Shown here: positions 29,973 through 40,700 of the stretch, in pieces | Position numbering within the stretch: position 1 is the first letter of the stretch | Layout: every line of letters starts with the position of its first letter | Made by a program: the position numbers and the translations under genes | DNA from: a virus | Taxonomy: Duplodnaviria; Caudoviricetes | Strand: one strand, 5' to 3' | Length of the DNA: 64,000 bases | Virus record (IMG/VR): IMGVR_UViG_3300033121_000954 | Span: 32,001 to 96,000 of that record | The notes under the pieces: generated by a model | What the model was told of the DNA's origin: nothing | Database searches by the model: none | The model's input: only the letters and a program-made list of their open reading frames with translations

Positions 29973-30235
29973 ACTGAAGATTGCTTAGTAGATGGATTAG
30001 TTTCAGCAAAACTAACAATATCATCTATTAATTTTTTGATATCTACTTTTTGAACATCAATTACATCACCATGATTATTACGTTCGAAACCAATTTTTTG
30101 GCCACCAATCATAATAATTCCATGACCGGTCGCTTGGCAATCTATGGTAAATGGGCCATATTTAAATCTATAACTTTCACCAGTTTTATGAATTGGTGCT
30201 TCAAAAATTTGTTCAAATAATGGTTTCAATTTCAT
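29969..30235 (-). CDS. Putative internal head protein (start revised)
   Basis: AAGGA-N6-ATG at 30235; MKLKPLFEQIFE. Confidence 0.55.
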   Translation of the reverse strand: MKLKPLFEQIFEAPIHKTGESYRFKYGPFTIDCQATGHGIIMIGGQKIGFERNNHGDVIDVQKVDIKKLIDDIVSFAETNPSTKQSSV

Positions 30236-30251
30236 ATATATTCCTTTTAAT

Positions 30252-31859
30252 TTACTCATATTTCAAAGATATTTCAAATAAGCCCTCTTCAGTGAAGTTC
30301 TTTGTGATTGGGCGACTTATTTTAGAAACTGCCAGCAATTCTTTGTTTTCGTTATATAATCCAATTGATGAAATATAAACTTGCGGTTTATTTACAAAAT
30401 CATCTATAATCATCGCCTCGCTGCCAGTTACAAAGGTTGGATTGTTTGAAAAATTGTATTCTTGGTTTTTGATCCTGATGAAATATTGCTCAACATATTC
30501 ATATTTGACTTGACGGGACTGAAAACCCAAATAATCTCCACTTTCATCAGTTCTCAAAGCCGCTCCACTCATTGCAGTAAATAACTTCATCGCATTATCT
30601 CCAGCCACATCACTTCCAGTTGTTGTTAAAAAACTCGCACTCATATCCAACATATCCGCGTCCAAAAGCACAACGCCAAGTTGTGGATAAGTAATACCAT
30701 AAACATGAGGATTAGACTTGTTGTAAATACCTGTCTCTAACGTACCAGAAACGACGTAGAACGCTTTTCCTGCCGAGGTTGACATATTTGTAAGCGACCC
30801 CGAGATCGTTCGGTAGAACGAAGAATACGCAGCCGTAGATAAGTCAGTTTCAAGATTCAAAGTACTGTCATCAATCAATCTCAAAGTGGTAGGATTGCCA
30901 AGTTTAACATTTGATCCGGTATGAGCATTTCTATTCCCGAATTGAGAACCACTTAGATGGGCAATGTTGATTTCCAAATTACCTTCATCCATTTTATCGC
31001 CCATCCTATCACGCGCAACATTGATGGCATAAAAATGGTACATTTCTTTATGACCAAGTTTAAATCTTTGCTGACCATTATCTAAACATAATCCACGATA
31101 CTGACCATAAACTGCATTAGTTGGAGTATAAAAATCATTTCCGCCCAAATCCCTACTACCACTACCACCATCATGTCCATACGCAATTGAAAAGTGAGGT
31201 TCAGCCGCACAACTATCACATTTTGATTGAAATATAGTACGACGAAATGAACTTGAAGTTTCAGTTGAACAGGTATGAAATGTTATCATATTACCCAGCG
31301 CATCTCCATTACCATCAAGCCAAATTCCACGAGTAAATTTATTGATTTGTTTTGGAAGTCGGTCATCGTCGGTTATTCTGGTAAACACTCTCCCCATCCC
31401 CAAACTTACTGGTGGTGGTATTGAAGGTGTTACTGGAGGGATTGGAACAACTGGTGCAGGTTGTGATGGATTTATCGGCGGGGGTGGTTCAGGTGCTGGT
31501 GGAACAGAGGGTGGTTGGACTGGTATGGGTTGAGTAAATCGTAAAATTAAATCATCATACGAATTATCCTGAATATAATCTTCAGAATTTAGATAAAATA
31601 CATATTGACCATTTTCAACAGTAGTATTTGTCTTGATGATTGTTGAATTGATCCACGGGGGATTCATCTCATAATCACTTGCTGCCTGTATATTTACCTG
31701 CCAGTTATTACCAGTTACGAAGACTGGTGGATCCCCAACATTACCCATATAGGTACCATTTCCAGTGGTTGCACCAGTTACTATGAACCTTTGTGGCAAC
31801 GCACTTGGATTATGTGTTGTGACGGTTATCGTCCAATTACCTTGGATTGTTGTGGGCAT
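30252..31859 (-). CDS. Tail or structural protein, paralog of 32189-33721, with a distinct N-terminal domain and Pro-rich linker
   Basis: Shared YGQY, EGNLEIN, NAMKLFTAMSGAAL, KNQEYNFSNNPTFVTGSE. Confidence 0.75.
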   Translation of the reverse strand: MPTTIQGNWTITVTTHNPSALPQRFIVTGATTGNGTYMGNVGDPPVFVTGNNWQVNIQAASDYEMNPPWINSTIIKTNTTVENGQYVFYLNSEDYIQDNSYDDLILRFTQPIPVQPPSVPPAPEPPPPINPSQPAPVVPIPPVTPSIPPPVSLGMGRVFTRITDDDRLPKQINKFTRGIWLDGNGDALGNMITFHTCSTETSSSFRRTIFQSKCDSCAAEPHFSIAYGHDGGSGSRDLGGNDFYTPTNAVYGQYRGLCLDNGQQRFKLGHKEMYHFYAINVARDRMGDKMDEGNLEINIAHLSGSQFGNRNAHTGSNVKLGNPTTLRLIDDSTLNLETDLSTAAYSSFYRTISGSLTNMSTSAGKAFYVVSGTLETGIYNKSNPHVYGITYPQLGVVLLDADMLDMSASFLTTTGSDVAGDNAMKLFTAMSGAALRTDESGDYLGFQSRQVKYEYVEQYFIRIKNQEYNFSNNPTFVTGSEAMIIDDFVNKPQVYISSIGLYNENKELLAVSKISRPITKNFTEEGLFEISLKYE

Positions 31860-31865
31860 ATATTT

Positions 31866-32144
31866 TTATATGTTTCGGTTTAAAGCATCAATACAATCTT
31901 GTAAATCAGTACATTGACGTATTCCAATGCCCATTTCTAAATTGTACGGGTATTTAGAATCGTAATAAGCGCCACCATGTCTAATCTTAGTACCAATCAC
32001 TTTAGCAACTATTTTACGACCATTCTTGATTATCGCGATACCATCTTCAAATTTTAAATCTGATACAGTATATTGCTCTTTCAAGATTTGTTCAACTAAT
32101 GGCGTCAATAATTTCTTAATTCTATCTTTTGTGCTTGGTTTCAT
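31866..32144 (-). CDS. Putative internal head protein
   Basis: MKPSTKDRIKKLLTPLVEQILKE leader. Confidence 0.6.
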   Translation of the reverse strand: MKPSTKDRIKKLLTPLVEQILKEQYTVSDLKFEDGIAIIKNGRKIVAKVIGTKIRHGGAYYDSKYPYNLEMGIGIRQCTDLQDCIDALNRNI

Positions 32145-32188
32145 TGTATAAATTCCTCAGTTGGTTGGTTCGTTTTGGTATTTTTCCA

Positions 32189-33721
32189 TTAAATAAAATT
32201 AAATGCGGTTAAAATAGCAGCAAAAACGAACTCCAGTTTCAGTTTGATTAATGCTTCACGGGAAAAACTTTTCTGCAATGGGCGACTGAGTTTACCAACC
32301 GCCAACAATTCCTTTGCATCGTTATACAATCCAATCCCAGTGATATAGACCTTCGGATCACCGATAAAAGTTGGTTCTGCCAAGTCGCCTTCACTACCAG
32401 TTACAAAGGTTGGATTATTTGAGAAATTATATTCCTGATTTTTTACACGGACAAAATAATGAGTTGATTTAACTTTTTCCGCGCTACGTCCTTGAAATCC
32501 TAAACGATCTCCGCTCGTGTCGGTATAAAGTGCAGCACCACTCATTGCAGTAAATAACTTCATTGCATTATTGCCCGGAATTTCACTACCAGTCACGGTC
32601 AAAAATGAACAACTCATATCAAGTTTATTTCCATCAAGCACAATAATACCCAATCTACGATATAATAATCCGTATTTATGAGGACTTGACGAGTTATATA
32701 TTCCATCCTCAAGTGTTCCTGAAACAATATTATATACTTCGCCAGCCGTTGTGATGGTCGCCGAATTTACACGGCTGTCATCTATTAACCGCGTTACTGC
32801 TTGGGTTGGATAAACTTTGACATTTGATCCAGTCCATGCGTTTTGCACTCCACCGCCAGTTAACCATTGTGAACCACTCAATCGCTGAAGATTGATTTCA
32901 AGATTTCCTTCGTCCAAATATTCGCGCATCCTTGCACGAGCGACGTTGATAGCGTAAATTGAATCAGTAGCAGTTCCATCAATTATGAATCGGTCTTGAT
33001 CCGGTTCTAAACACAATTGCTTATATTGTCCGTAAATTGCACGACTTGGAGTATCATTTATTTGACCGCCTTCATCGCCACTTCCAGAACCTTGTTTGTG
33101 GCCCCAAGCAACTGCAAATTGGCCAGTCGCTCCACAGTCACCACTTTGGCTTTGATAAACTTCGTAGTAATATCTTTGCTGAGTAGCAGTTTGAGCAGAA
33201 CTTGTAAAAAATGTAATCAAATTACCAACATTTCCACTCCACAACGCACGAGTGATTATTTCTTGTTGGTTTGGAACAATATCTCCACTTTCAAACCTCG
33301 TAAAAATACGGCCACTACCCAAATTACTTGGAGGTAATGGTGCGGTTGGTTGGTATGGAACTTGGGGTGGACTAATTGGATTATTGAACGATGGTCCGCC
33401 AGTAAGCGGTCCACCTGTTTTTGGAACATCCGTGTTTGAATTATCCAAACTGTTGCCAAAATATTTCACATCATGGACTTTGTTATTTTGGTCCACGACG
33501 AAAAAATTTCCACCATTATCCTGAAATCCACTAACTGTTACACCCGGCATGACCGTTTTTGTAACTGGAGTTGTATTTGAGAGTGTGGATGGATTGTTGC
33601 TAACTGGGGTGACTTGATAGCCACTTTCAGTTAGTTTTCCTAACTGGCTGGAATCTAACTTTTGCGTCACGTCACCACCGGAGGATGGGATGTCCGTGGT
33701 ACCTTTTTTAATAAATGCCAT
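32189..33721 (-). CDS. Tail or structural protein
   Basis: Paralog of 30252-31859; C-terminal IGLYNDAKELLAVGK. Confidence 0.75.
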   Translation of the reverse strand: MAFIKKGTTDIPSSGGDVTQKLDSSQLGKLTESGYQVTPVSNNPSTLSNTTPVTKTVMPGVTVSGFQDNGGNFFVVDQNNKVHDVKYFGNSLDNSNTDVPKTGGPLTGGPSFNNPISPPQVPYQPTAPLPPSNLGSGRIFTRFESGDIVPNQQEIITRALWSGNVGNLITFFTSSAQTATQQRYYYEVYQSQSGDCGATGQFAVAWGHKQGSGSGDEGGQINDTPSRAIYGQYKQLCLEPDQDRFIIDGTATDSIYAINVARARMREYLDEGNLEINLQRLSGSQWLTGGGVQNAWTGSNVKVYPTQAVTRLIDDSRVNSATITTAGEVYNIVSGTLEDGIYNSSSPHKYGLLYRRLGIIVLDGNKLDMSCSFLTVTGSEIPGNNAMKLFTAMSGAALYTDTSGDRLGFQGRSAEKVKSTHYFVRVKNQEYNFSNNPTFVTGSEGDLAEPTFIGDPKVYITGIGLYNDAKELLAVGKLSRPLQKSFSREALIKLKLEFVFAAILTAFNFI

Positions 33722-33728
33722 TTTGCTT

Positions 33729-34004
33729 TTATCTCTTTTTATTTATAACATTTTTTACGTTTCGGGCAATGGTGGAAATTTCCATTATCATGTCCTGTCG
33801 CATTAAATCTTCGCTCAGAAATCTAATTTCTCTGTTGACAATCTCGTCCAATTTATTTTGAATTTCCAATAGTTTATTGATTAAACCCTGTTGTGGATGT
33901 TCTGGTTCTTCTATTACCGATACGGCTTTAAAATGATCTATGTTGTCGGATGATGGAACGTAATTGATTAGTTGTATGAATCGTTGTTTTCTGGATAGTT
34001 TCAT
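33729..34004 (-). CDS. Hypothetical protein
   Basis: 91 aa, coupled to the upstream gene. Confidence 0.5.
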   Translation of the reverse strand: MKLSRKQRFIQLINYVPSSDNIDHFKAVSVIEEPEHPQQGLINKLLEIQNKLDEIVNREIRFLSEDLMRQDMIMEISTIARNVKNVINKKR

Positions 34005-34576
34005 TTATTTTTGTATTTATTTATAATGCCGACTTGAATTCTATTACCCGGCTTACCAGATAATGCAGAAGCAAAGTCTCCAGCAGACAATATTTTTTGA
34101 CCAATGTCCATCATCAGTTGAAGTGTATCTAAATTGTTAGATTCGCAAAAATTTTTAACCGCCTCGGCACGAGTGCCAGTTAATTTGGCTATTGTGTCAT
34201 ATTTATGCTGAATACTACCAGAATTGAATTTAGTCTTCGCTTCGTCTAACGACGTAATGTCATGGGTAATATCCATCTTTTTTAACACCTTACCATTCTT
34301 ATTCACCAATCTAAGTTCTATACTCTGTGCAGTTTTTAGATAATCCTTGACGGATTTAGATATTGAAATAATTTTGTTTTTCTGCAAATCAAAGGCGTTG
34401 TCAACACCTCTACCATATAGATTTCCGCGAATTACATTCGTACCATCACTTCCCAACATTTGTTTTCCATCTACCCATGTTTCTATAAATCCAGTAACAG
34501 CAGATTCTTCTTTCAAAATTTGTTCAACAAGTGGCTTTAATAAGTTTTTGATTCTAATTTTTGTGCTTGGTTTCAT
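34001..34576 (-). CDS. Putative internal head protein
   Basis: MKPSTKIRIKNLLKPLVEQILKEE leader; AAGGA upstream. Confidence 0.6.
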   Translation of the reverse strand: MKPSTKIRIKNLLKPLVEQILKEESAVTGFIETWVDGKQMLGSDGTNVIRGNLYGRGVDNAFDLQKNKIISISKSVKDYLKTAQSIELRLVNKNGKVLKKMDITHDITSLDEAKTKFNSGSIQHKYDTIAKLTGTRAEAVKNFCESNNLDTLQLMMDIGQKILSAGDFASALSGKPGNRIQVGIINKYKNK

Positions 34577-34586
34577 CTATAATTCC

Positions 34587-35288
34587 TTATGGTAAACTAA
34601 TTGGCGCATTACCAGTTAATGGTGCGTTTGGTGTAGTATTTAATGTAACTTTCTTGACTGTAATATTTACAACAACACGTCCACCAGTTTCATTACCAAC
34701 GATAGTAAGTGTGGTTGAACGTGCAGCGAGTTGAAGCATATTGGCAGTAATCACGACTGATTTTCCAGTCAATACAACTGCACTTCCCAATTCATTTTCA
34801 GACATATTACCAGCAGTCACATTACCAGTTCCGGCAAATTGTTGACCCGGCGCAGCCTGTTCTACATACATAGTACATACGTCGGAATCTGCAAGTATGA
34901 ACGAATATCCAAACGTTGTATTACCCTCTGTGTAATTTACAGTTTGTGGAGTAATTGTGACGGATTGTCCTGGATTGAGAGTGAAAGTGGTTTGTGGTAC
35001 TGAAACGACTGGAATTCTGATTGTTTTTCTTGGTAATGTGACCAGTTTGTATTTCATCATTACTGTTTCGTCGGGGACGGCTTCAGTGATCGGCATTGAT
35101 GTAATAACGATGTCCGCATATTGACTCCCGAGTGGATGATCCGTATTAAATAAACTGTAATCTATTTCATCATCACTTAATGCGAAGTGGCTGATATTGA
35201 ACTCATTACGTCCACGGGACAATAATTCTCTGCCCTTTTTCGTAAGAATACTATCACATATTATTGAATTATTTGAAATGTAACTCAT
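34587..35288 (-). CDS. Tail or baseplate structural protein
   Basis: ILTKKGRELL..ISHFALSDDEIDY motif resembling tail-collar N-termini. Confidence 0.65.
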   Translation of the reverse strand: MSYISNNSIICDSILTKKGRELLSRGRNEFNISHFALSDDEIDYSLFNTDHPLGSQYADIVITSMPITEAVPDETVMMKYKLVTLPRKTIRIPVVSVPQTTFTLNPGQSVTITPQTVNYTEGNTTFGYSFILADSDVCTMYVEQAAPGQQFAGTGNVTAGNMSENELGSAVVLTGKSVVITANMLQLAARSTTLTIVGNETGGRVVVNITVKKVTLNTTPNAPLTGNAPISLP

Positions 35289-35319
35289 TGTTTATCAAAC
35301 CTTTATATTTTTAAAACTT

Positions 35320-36336
35320 TTAGTAAATTGCTTTATCAAATGGTATTCTTAATATTTGACAATCTAAGCATTTTCTAATTTGAATTTCTCTGATTCTGTC
35401 ATAGTCTTTAGTTCGTTTATTTCTATGGTGCGATTCGTCAAATTCAACCCAAATATTCAGGTTTGGGCAGTACGCATCGGCAAAATAAAATCTACTATAT
35501 TCTTCATCATATAATCTAAATTCTCCTGACGGTGATCTTGCGTGAACAAATTCAGTATTATATCTAATGTTTAAAATATCTACAATATATGGAATCGTAT
35601 CTGGGTTAAATCTTGGTCTAAATGATGTAGATGCCCCTAATGCAAATACCACTCTGGCTTGTCCTCGTCTAATTTTCTCTGATATATCTTGACGTTCTTC
35701 ATCATTCATATTTGCCCAGCGGGCTTTATGTGCAATTGATAAATTTCTGCTTCTGGTTGCCATTCCTTCTGGAGTCATTTTTCTATTCTTGGCGGACTCA
35801 GATTGCTTCATTTTGGTTTCTTCACTAACCTCCCGTCCATTCATTTCTTTTATTCGGCATTCTTGGCAAGTTGGTGGTTCATCTTTTCTTATATTACTCA
35901 TTGCTCGTTTGTATGAACCATAATTTGTATAATGATACACATTTCCACATTTATTTTTACATTCAATTTTCCAATCATCTGGATTATGACTCAGCCCAAG
36001 ATTTCTACTCTTTTCCATTCCTCGTTCATGTGAAGACGAACCAATTAGTTCATTTCTATTTATGTATTCTTTGCTGTTTTTGTCTATTGTATTCCAATAA
36101 ATTTTTGCTGAGCATGATGGCCTGTAGCATATTCCGACTGCATACGCGTAAATCTTCACTTTTTCGCCACAGCCGCATTCACACAATGGTATTTCATTAT
36201 TTAGCAGTTCTTGAATCGTGTATTCTACACTACTTAAATTGTGGTCTTTTTTTATGTGATTTCCTAAATTTTTAGAATTTTTAAATTCTAAATCACATAT
36301 TTTGCATTTAAAATCGGCTAATAAATATTTTGGCAT
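35320..36336 (-). CDS. Free-standing homing endonuclease (C2H2, CxCGCG, NUMOD3, PD-(D/E)xK)
   Basis: CKIC..HIKKDH, CECGCG, SEETKMKQSE, ADAYC..VEFDESHH. Confidence 0.75.
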   Translation of the reverse strand: MPKYLLADFKCKICDLEFKNSKNLGNHIKKDHNLSSVEYTIQELLNNEIPLCECGCGEKVKIYAYAVGICYRPSCSAKIYWNTIDKNSKEYINRNELIGSSSHERGMEKSRNLGLSHNPDDWKIECKNKCGNVYHYTNYGSYKRAMSNIRKDEPPTCQECRIKEMNGREVSEETKMKQSESAKNRKMTPEGMATRSRNLSIAHKARWANMNDEERQDISEKIRRGQARVVFALGASTSFRPRFNPDTIPYIVDILNIRYNTEFVHARSPSGEFRLYDEEYSRFYFADAYCPNLNIWVEFDESHHRNKRTKDYDRIREIQIRKCLDCQILRIPFDKAIY

Positions 36337-36466
36337 TATTATTCTAATTTGGTTTTTGTCTCCTACAATTTAACAAATTCTTATTGAAATTCATTAGTAT
36401 TCAAAATATCCAACAATTCTTCAAGTTCATAATCGTCCAATTTTTCATTAGAAGTTTGTTTCATTG

Positions 36467-36946
36467 TCATTTTTTTACAGTTGCCCAATCATGTAAAGAA
36501 TTTAAAAATTCAATATAATCGGAATGAGTATAATTGTCGCCAATTTCAGAAACCCACCCATCTTGTCGGGTTCCAGTATTTGCTGATGCGTTACTTAAAA
36601 CTACCTCTCCGTAATTATCCTCTACATCTATTTTTAATTTTACATTTTTATCCATTACAATTTCATATTCACGCGGATAATCAGAATTACTATTCAATGT
36701 TGCTGGAAAATTTATATCATCTACATCAATCCACGCTGATATTATAAATAATTCATTCCCAGTCTTGTTCAACGATGTCATCCAATTGTCCATTGAATTA
36801 GCGACCGATGGTTCGGCAGTGAAATGAACTCCTAAATTATTCATATCCAAATCAGAAACGTCATTAAGTTTTATTCCACGATACACTTTTATTTTACTGA
36901 ATGGAAATTTCATTATCTCATTTAAAAGTAATTTAAGTTTTATCAT
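36467..36946 (-). CDS. Putative ADP-ribosyltransferase-fold protein (R-S-E type) with leader
   Basis: VYRG, GVHFT, REYEI (ExE); MIKLKLLLNE. Confidence 0.55.
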   Translation of the reverse strand: MIKLKLLLNEIMKFPFSKIKVYRGIKLNDVSDLDMNNLGVHFTAEPSVANSMDNWMTSLNKTGNELFIISAWIDVDDINFPATLNSNSDYPREYEIVMDKNVKLKIDVEDNYGEVVLSNASANTGTRQDGWVSEIGDNYTHSDYIEFLNSLHDWATVKK

Positions 36947-36957
36947 AATAAATTTAC

Positions 36958-36967
36958 ATATAAATAT
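36958..36967 (-). promoter_or_regulatory. Candidate late promoter ATATTTATAT
   Basis: Intergenic, identical to 8074-8083. Confidence 0.4.
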
Positions 36968-36987
36968 CTATCCGGCATAATTTTAAT

Positions 36988-39900
36988 TTATTCCACCCGG
37001 ATTCCACCACCCAACGGCGAATCGTTCACACTTAATTTATTTGGATCACTTTCCCATATCGTTACAACAGGTCCACCGTCGGCGGTTTGGTTTGAATTCA
37101 CATTAAATGCCGGTCCTTCCAGTTTACTGCCCATAAATCTACTGCTGCATTCATAATTTTGATAACTTCCACATTCAAGCGACTTTGAATAATACATTCC
37201 ATAACTTTTTGAAACTGCCGTGTACCATTGCTTTTCATATTTTGTCGCGAATTGTCCACTTGCACTATAATGAAAAATTACTTTTTTGTAACAGCAATTT
37301 AAACGAGTACCATCAATATAACTTTGTGTAGGACTTTGTGAGCCAGAATATCGGGTTGGTATCGTGTCAACATCCATAGTTAATTGCTTACTGGACGTGT
37401 TAAAATGACTTAGGCTGCTACCAGTTGCAAAAACAGTGTAAGGGACGGAACCTGTAATATAATTGTACCTTGACGCAATTTTGGGGCTGTACGAGGCACT
37501 GGACTCAATTTGTTGTACTTCGGCATCGGTGGTTGGTTGAATACCCGCCACATCCATATCATATTGAGGATTTTCAATTTGTGGTCTCCGAAATGCTTGA
37601 ACTTTTGATCGTTCAAGGACGGTTGGTTCAATTAAAATACCAGCAACTAAATCGGCACGGCCGGGTACAAGTTGTTTTATCTGTTCAAAAAATGTATAAT
37701 CATAAGCAGATAATATCTCAATCAAATCGTTGATATTATTTGCTTGTTGATATTTTTTAAAGTAATGATATGCAAACTGTTTTAGTTCACCATACTCGCT
37801 TTCATATACATATTCCGGGTCTCCGATGTAATCATCCAATTCCGCAAATCCAGTATGATTGTAAATATCCCGATCAACATGTTCAGTGGGCGAAAATACA
37901 ACCGCAAGCCTGTTTGAATCAAACGATGCCTTATCAAATGCCCCAACAGTACTACGATTTGTTGGAGATAAATCGCGTAATAATGCAGTATCTTCCAATC
38001 GTATTTTATCACTTCGCAAAACATTGCCACCAAGTGTCGGAGGGGTGACATAATATGTCTCAACACTGGATTTGTATTGTTCTGATTGTGAACCAGTAAA
38101 ACCGACAAACGATGCGGTTGTGTCTAAACTTGCGCGGCGATTTGGCTGACTACTACTAACTAATTGATATACACTATGATCCCATCTTTGCTGATCTAAT
38201 CCAAGCGGAAAATATCTGAAAAGTGTATTGAAGGAACTGGTTGGATCATTTCCATGATATGCTGCTGGATTTAAAACGTGTTGGTCAAACGATGATGTAT
38301 TGATTACTTCATACCATTCCTTGTAGCCCTGCATTTGTCCGACAAACCGATTTGCCGAAATTGGACTTGGTATTGTTGAACTTCCAGTCGTACCGCCCAA
38401 AATTACATAATGCGTTCCGCCAGCATCGTATGACGAAAAATTACCCCACGAATTTCGCATTCGTGAGCCGGAGAATGCAATACTTCCAGTGTGTGTTATT
38501 CTACCATATAAAGAATCTGATTGACGTTTAACATTTATATAAATCCATTCTAATGTATTATTTGTTAATGTTATTGGGCTTAAAGTTTTAATTTGCACCG
38601 TCCAAAAATCATTATCAAAAAGTGGAAGTGGTTCAGATTGTTTTTTAACCTGAATATCGGTACCAAACGCATTAACAGTATGACCACTGTATCTTAAATA
38701 CCCATACGCATAACTTCCACTATATTTTGGGGTGGATTGAGATGCTGTAATGTGTACTAATTCAAGTAAATTTACCCCACTTGTTACATTGTTCTCAATT
38801 CCCCACAATGACATTGAGACAGAACTGGAATAATTTGTCCTAAACCGAAATTCTATTGTGTCTGGAACGCGAGTTGAACCTGAATAATATGATCCAGAAC
38901 TTGCTGGAATACGTCGTCTTGGTAATTTAACATACTGACTACCACTGAAATTTAAAGCATATTGGAACCTGTCTTCTATCAAGGATGGTAACCCATTGGA
39001 CGGACTTGTACCGCCATATTCCCTGATTGAAAGTAATGTTTGTGGTATTCCATAAATTGACATCAATGCTTTTAATGACCTCGGAGTACCTTTAGTTTTA
39101 AGCAAAAATGGTAAATTATTTACAATCCGTTTCCAAATCTGGTGCGTCTGCATTTCCTCGCGTTGAGAAAATAGCGTACCTGTTTGGGCAAATGAACCAG
39201 TCCTGTCCGTACCCAGTTTATATTTTGCAAGATTGGATAACTGCCGCGTATTTTGCAATTGCCAACCATACGATTTTGCCAGCGGATATAATAATTCAGA
39301 CGGAGTTCCACGTTCTGGATGTTCATCCCGTTCGTGAATTTGCGTATGTGCCTTGACATACGAATAAATCGTATCAAAATGCTGACCCAACATGTCCACA
39401 AACAATACCAAATTACTATTGCCAGGTTCCATGTAAATATGTTCTGGAATGCTCCAATACAACCTATTTACATTGTCTTTATCATATTCGCTTGCAGAAT
39501 ATAATAACGTATTATACCAGTTCTGAACAATTGAACTGGAAATGGTATAGTTTGCCCACTTCCCACTGACCAACCGTTTCGGGTGTGGAGTGAGTGAGCC
39601 CGTGAAATCATGTGTAAAAATTGAACTGGTCGGATGATAATACAACCATCGTTCCCACGGATCAAAATTTGTCGTAATCTGATCCATCCTTCGCGTATTC
39701 AAGTCAATTGAACTTGAAATGAATGGAGTATTACTTGCCGTTGAACTTAGCAGAATTGCGACCGAACTACTGTACTCTTCAAGTTTTGATACTTTGTAGT
39801 GGTAGTTTTTTGCTCGCTCAACTGCACTTGAATAAAAAATAAAGTTATCAAAACTTGTATAGTCAATGTTTAAATTGATAGTTCCACTACCACTCAGGGC

Positions 39901-40689
39901 TTTATCAATTATTTTTTGACTGGTAAGTGCATCACTATCAAGCAGTTCGTCCCAATTTTTAAACGAAGTTGGACTACTTGAATATAGACTGACATCAATA
40001 TCAAAATTAGGGCCACGGAGGACATTTACTGCACCACTACCAACTTTTGTAGTCAGTATGACCGTATCAACGTATGGATCAATTACTTCATACTGGAACC
40101 AAGCCTTGCTGCGATTTGTTATATCGTCGTAAATGGGCTGATACAATTTTACATAAAATGTATCATTTTCAAACCTGATATTTACGATTTTTTGTAACTG
40201 ATTGAATCCAAAATTTACAACAAGATTATTTAAAATTTGCTGTTGACGAAACTTTGCAATTTGCTGTTGAAATTGATCGTATCCGTTGCTAATTATTTTG
40301 AATTGTATTTCTGTCCTGTCTGGTGAAATTTCCTGCACCAGCACAGATTCATCGTTCAAATTGCCCCAAACATTTTGTAAAACATTCAGGACGACTACAT
40401 AACTACCACGATTTATATTTGCTGCTTTGAATACACCACCAATATCAGTTAATAGACTGTTGGTTGTTTTTTCGTGACGTGTATAACCAGCATTATGATT
40501 TCCACTTACATAATCTCCATAAAACGAATAAATGTGGAGTTCTGTAACTTGGTTTTTTATTATATTTGGATCTGATGGAATTAAGATTTGATCGTTTAGA
40601 ACTGACAAATCCTCCAGTCGGTACAATTGTCCAACTGAAGGTTCGTTTAGATTTAAAATTTGTTCTTTGTTAAAATAACGATCTAACAG
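36988..40689 (-). CDS. Large baseplate or tail structural protein (wedge-like), probable CTG start
   Basis: LLKTKGT..YGIP motif; frame is open upstream of TTG 40626 to CTG 40689, with GAGGA 7 nt before it. Confidence 0.7.
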   Translation of the reverse strand: MLDRYFNKEQILNLNEPSVGQLYRLEDLSVLNDQILIPSDPNIIKNQVTELHIYSFYGDYVSGNHNAGYTRHEKTTNSLLTDIGGVFKAANINRGSYVVVLNVLQNVWGNLNDESVLVQEISPDRTEIQFKIISNGYDQFQQQIAKFRQQQILNNLVVNFGFNQLQKIVNIRFENDTFYVKLYQPIYDDITNRSKAWFQYEVIDPYVDTVILTTKVGSGAVNVLRGPNFDIDVSLYSSSPTSFKNWDELLDSDALTSQKIIDKALSGSGTINLNIDYTSFDNFIFYSSAVERAKNYHYKVSKLEEYSSSVAILLSSTASNTPFISSSIDLNTRRMDQITTNFDPWERWLYYHPTSSIFTHDFTGSLTPHPKRLVSGKWANYTISSSIVQNWYNTLLYSASEYDKDNVNRLYWSIPEHIYMEPGNSNLVLFVDMLGQHFDTIYSYVKAHTQIHERDEHPERGTPSELLYPLAKSYGWQLQNTRQLSNLAKYKLGTDRTGSFAQTGTLFSQREEMQTHQIWKRIVNNLPFLLKTKGTPRSLKALMSIYGIPQTLLSIREYGGTSPSNGLPSLIEDRFQYALNFSGSQYVKLPRRRIPASSGSYYSGSTRVPDTIEFRFRTNYSSSVSMSLWGIENNVTSGVNLLELVHITASQSTPKYSGSYAYGYLRYSGHTVNAFGTDIQVKKQSEPLPLFDNDFWTVQIKTLSPITLTNNTLEWIYINVKRQSDSLYGRITHTGSIAFSGSRMRNSWGNFSSYDAGGTHYVILGGTTGSSTIPSPISANRFVGQMQGYKEWYEVINTSSFDQHVLNPAAYHGNDPTSSFNTLFRYFPLGLDQQRWDHSVYQLVSSSQPNRRASLDTTASFVGFTGSQSEQYKSSVETYYVTPPTLGGNVLRSDKIRLEDTALLRDLSPTNRSTVGAFDKASFDSNRLAVVFSPTEHVDRDIYNHTGFAELDDYIGDPEYVYESEYGELKQFAYHYFKKYQQANNINDLIEILSAYDYTFFEQIKQLVPGRADLVAGILIEPTVLERSKVQAFRRPQIENPQYDMDVAGIQPTTDAEVQQIESSASYSPKIASRYNYITGSVPYTVFATGSSLSHFNTSSKQLTMDVDTIPTRYSGSQSPTQSYIDGTRLNCCYKKVIFHYSASGQFATKYEKQWYTAVSKSYGMYYSKSLECGSYQNYECSSRFMGSKLEGPAFNVNSNQTADGGPVVTIWESDPNKLSVNDSPLGGGIRVE

Positions 40690-40700
40690 ATCATATTCCT

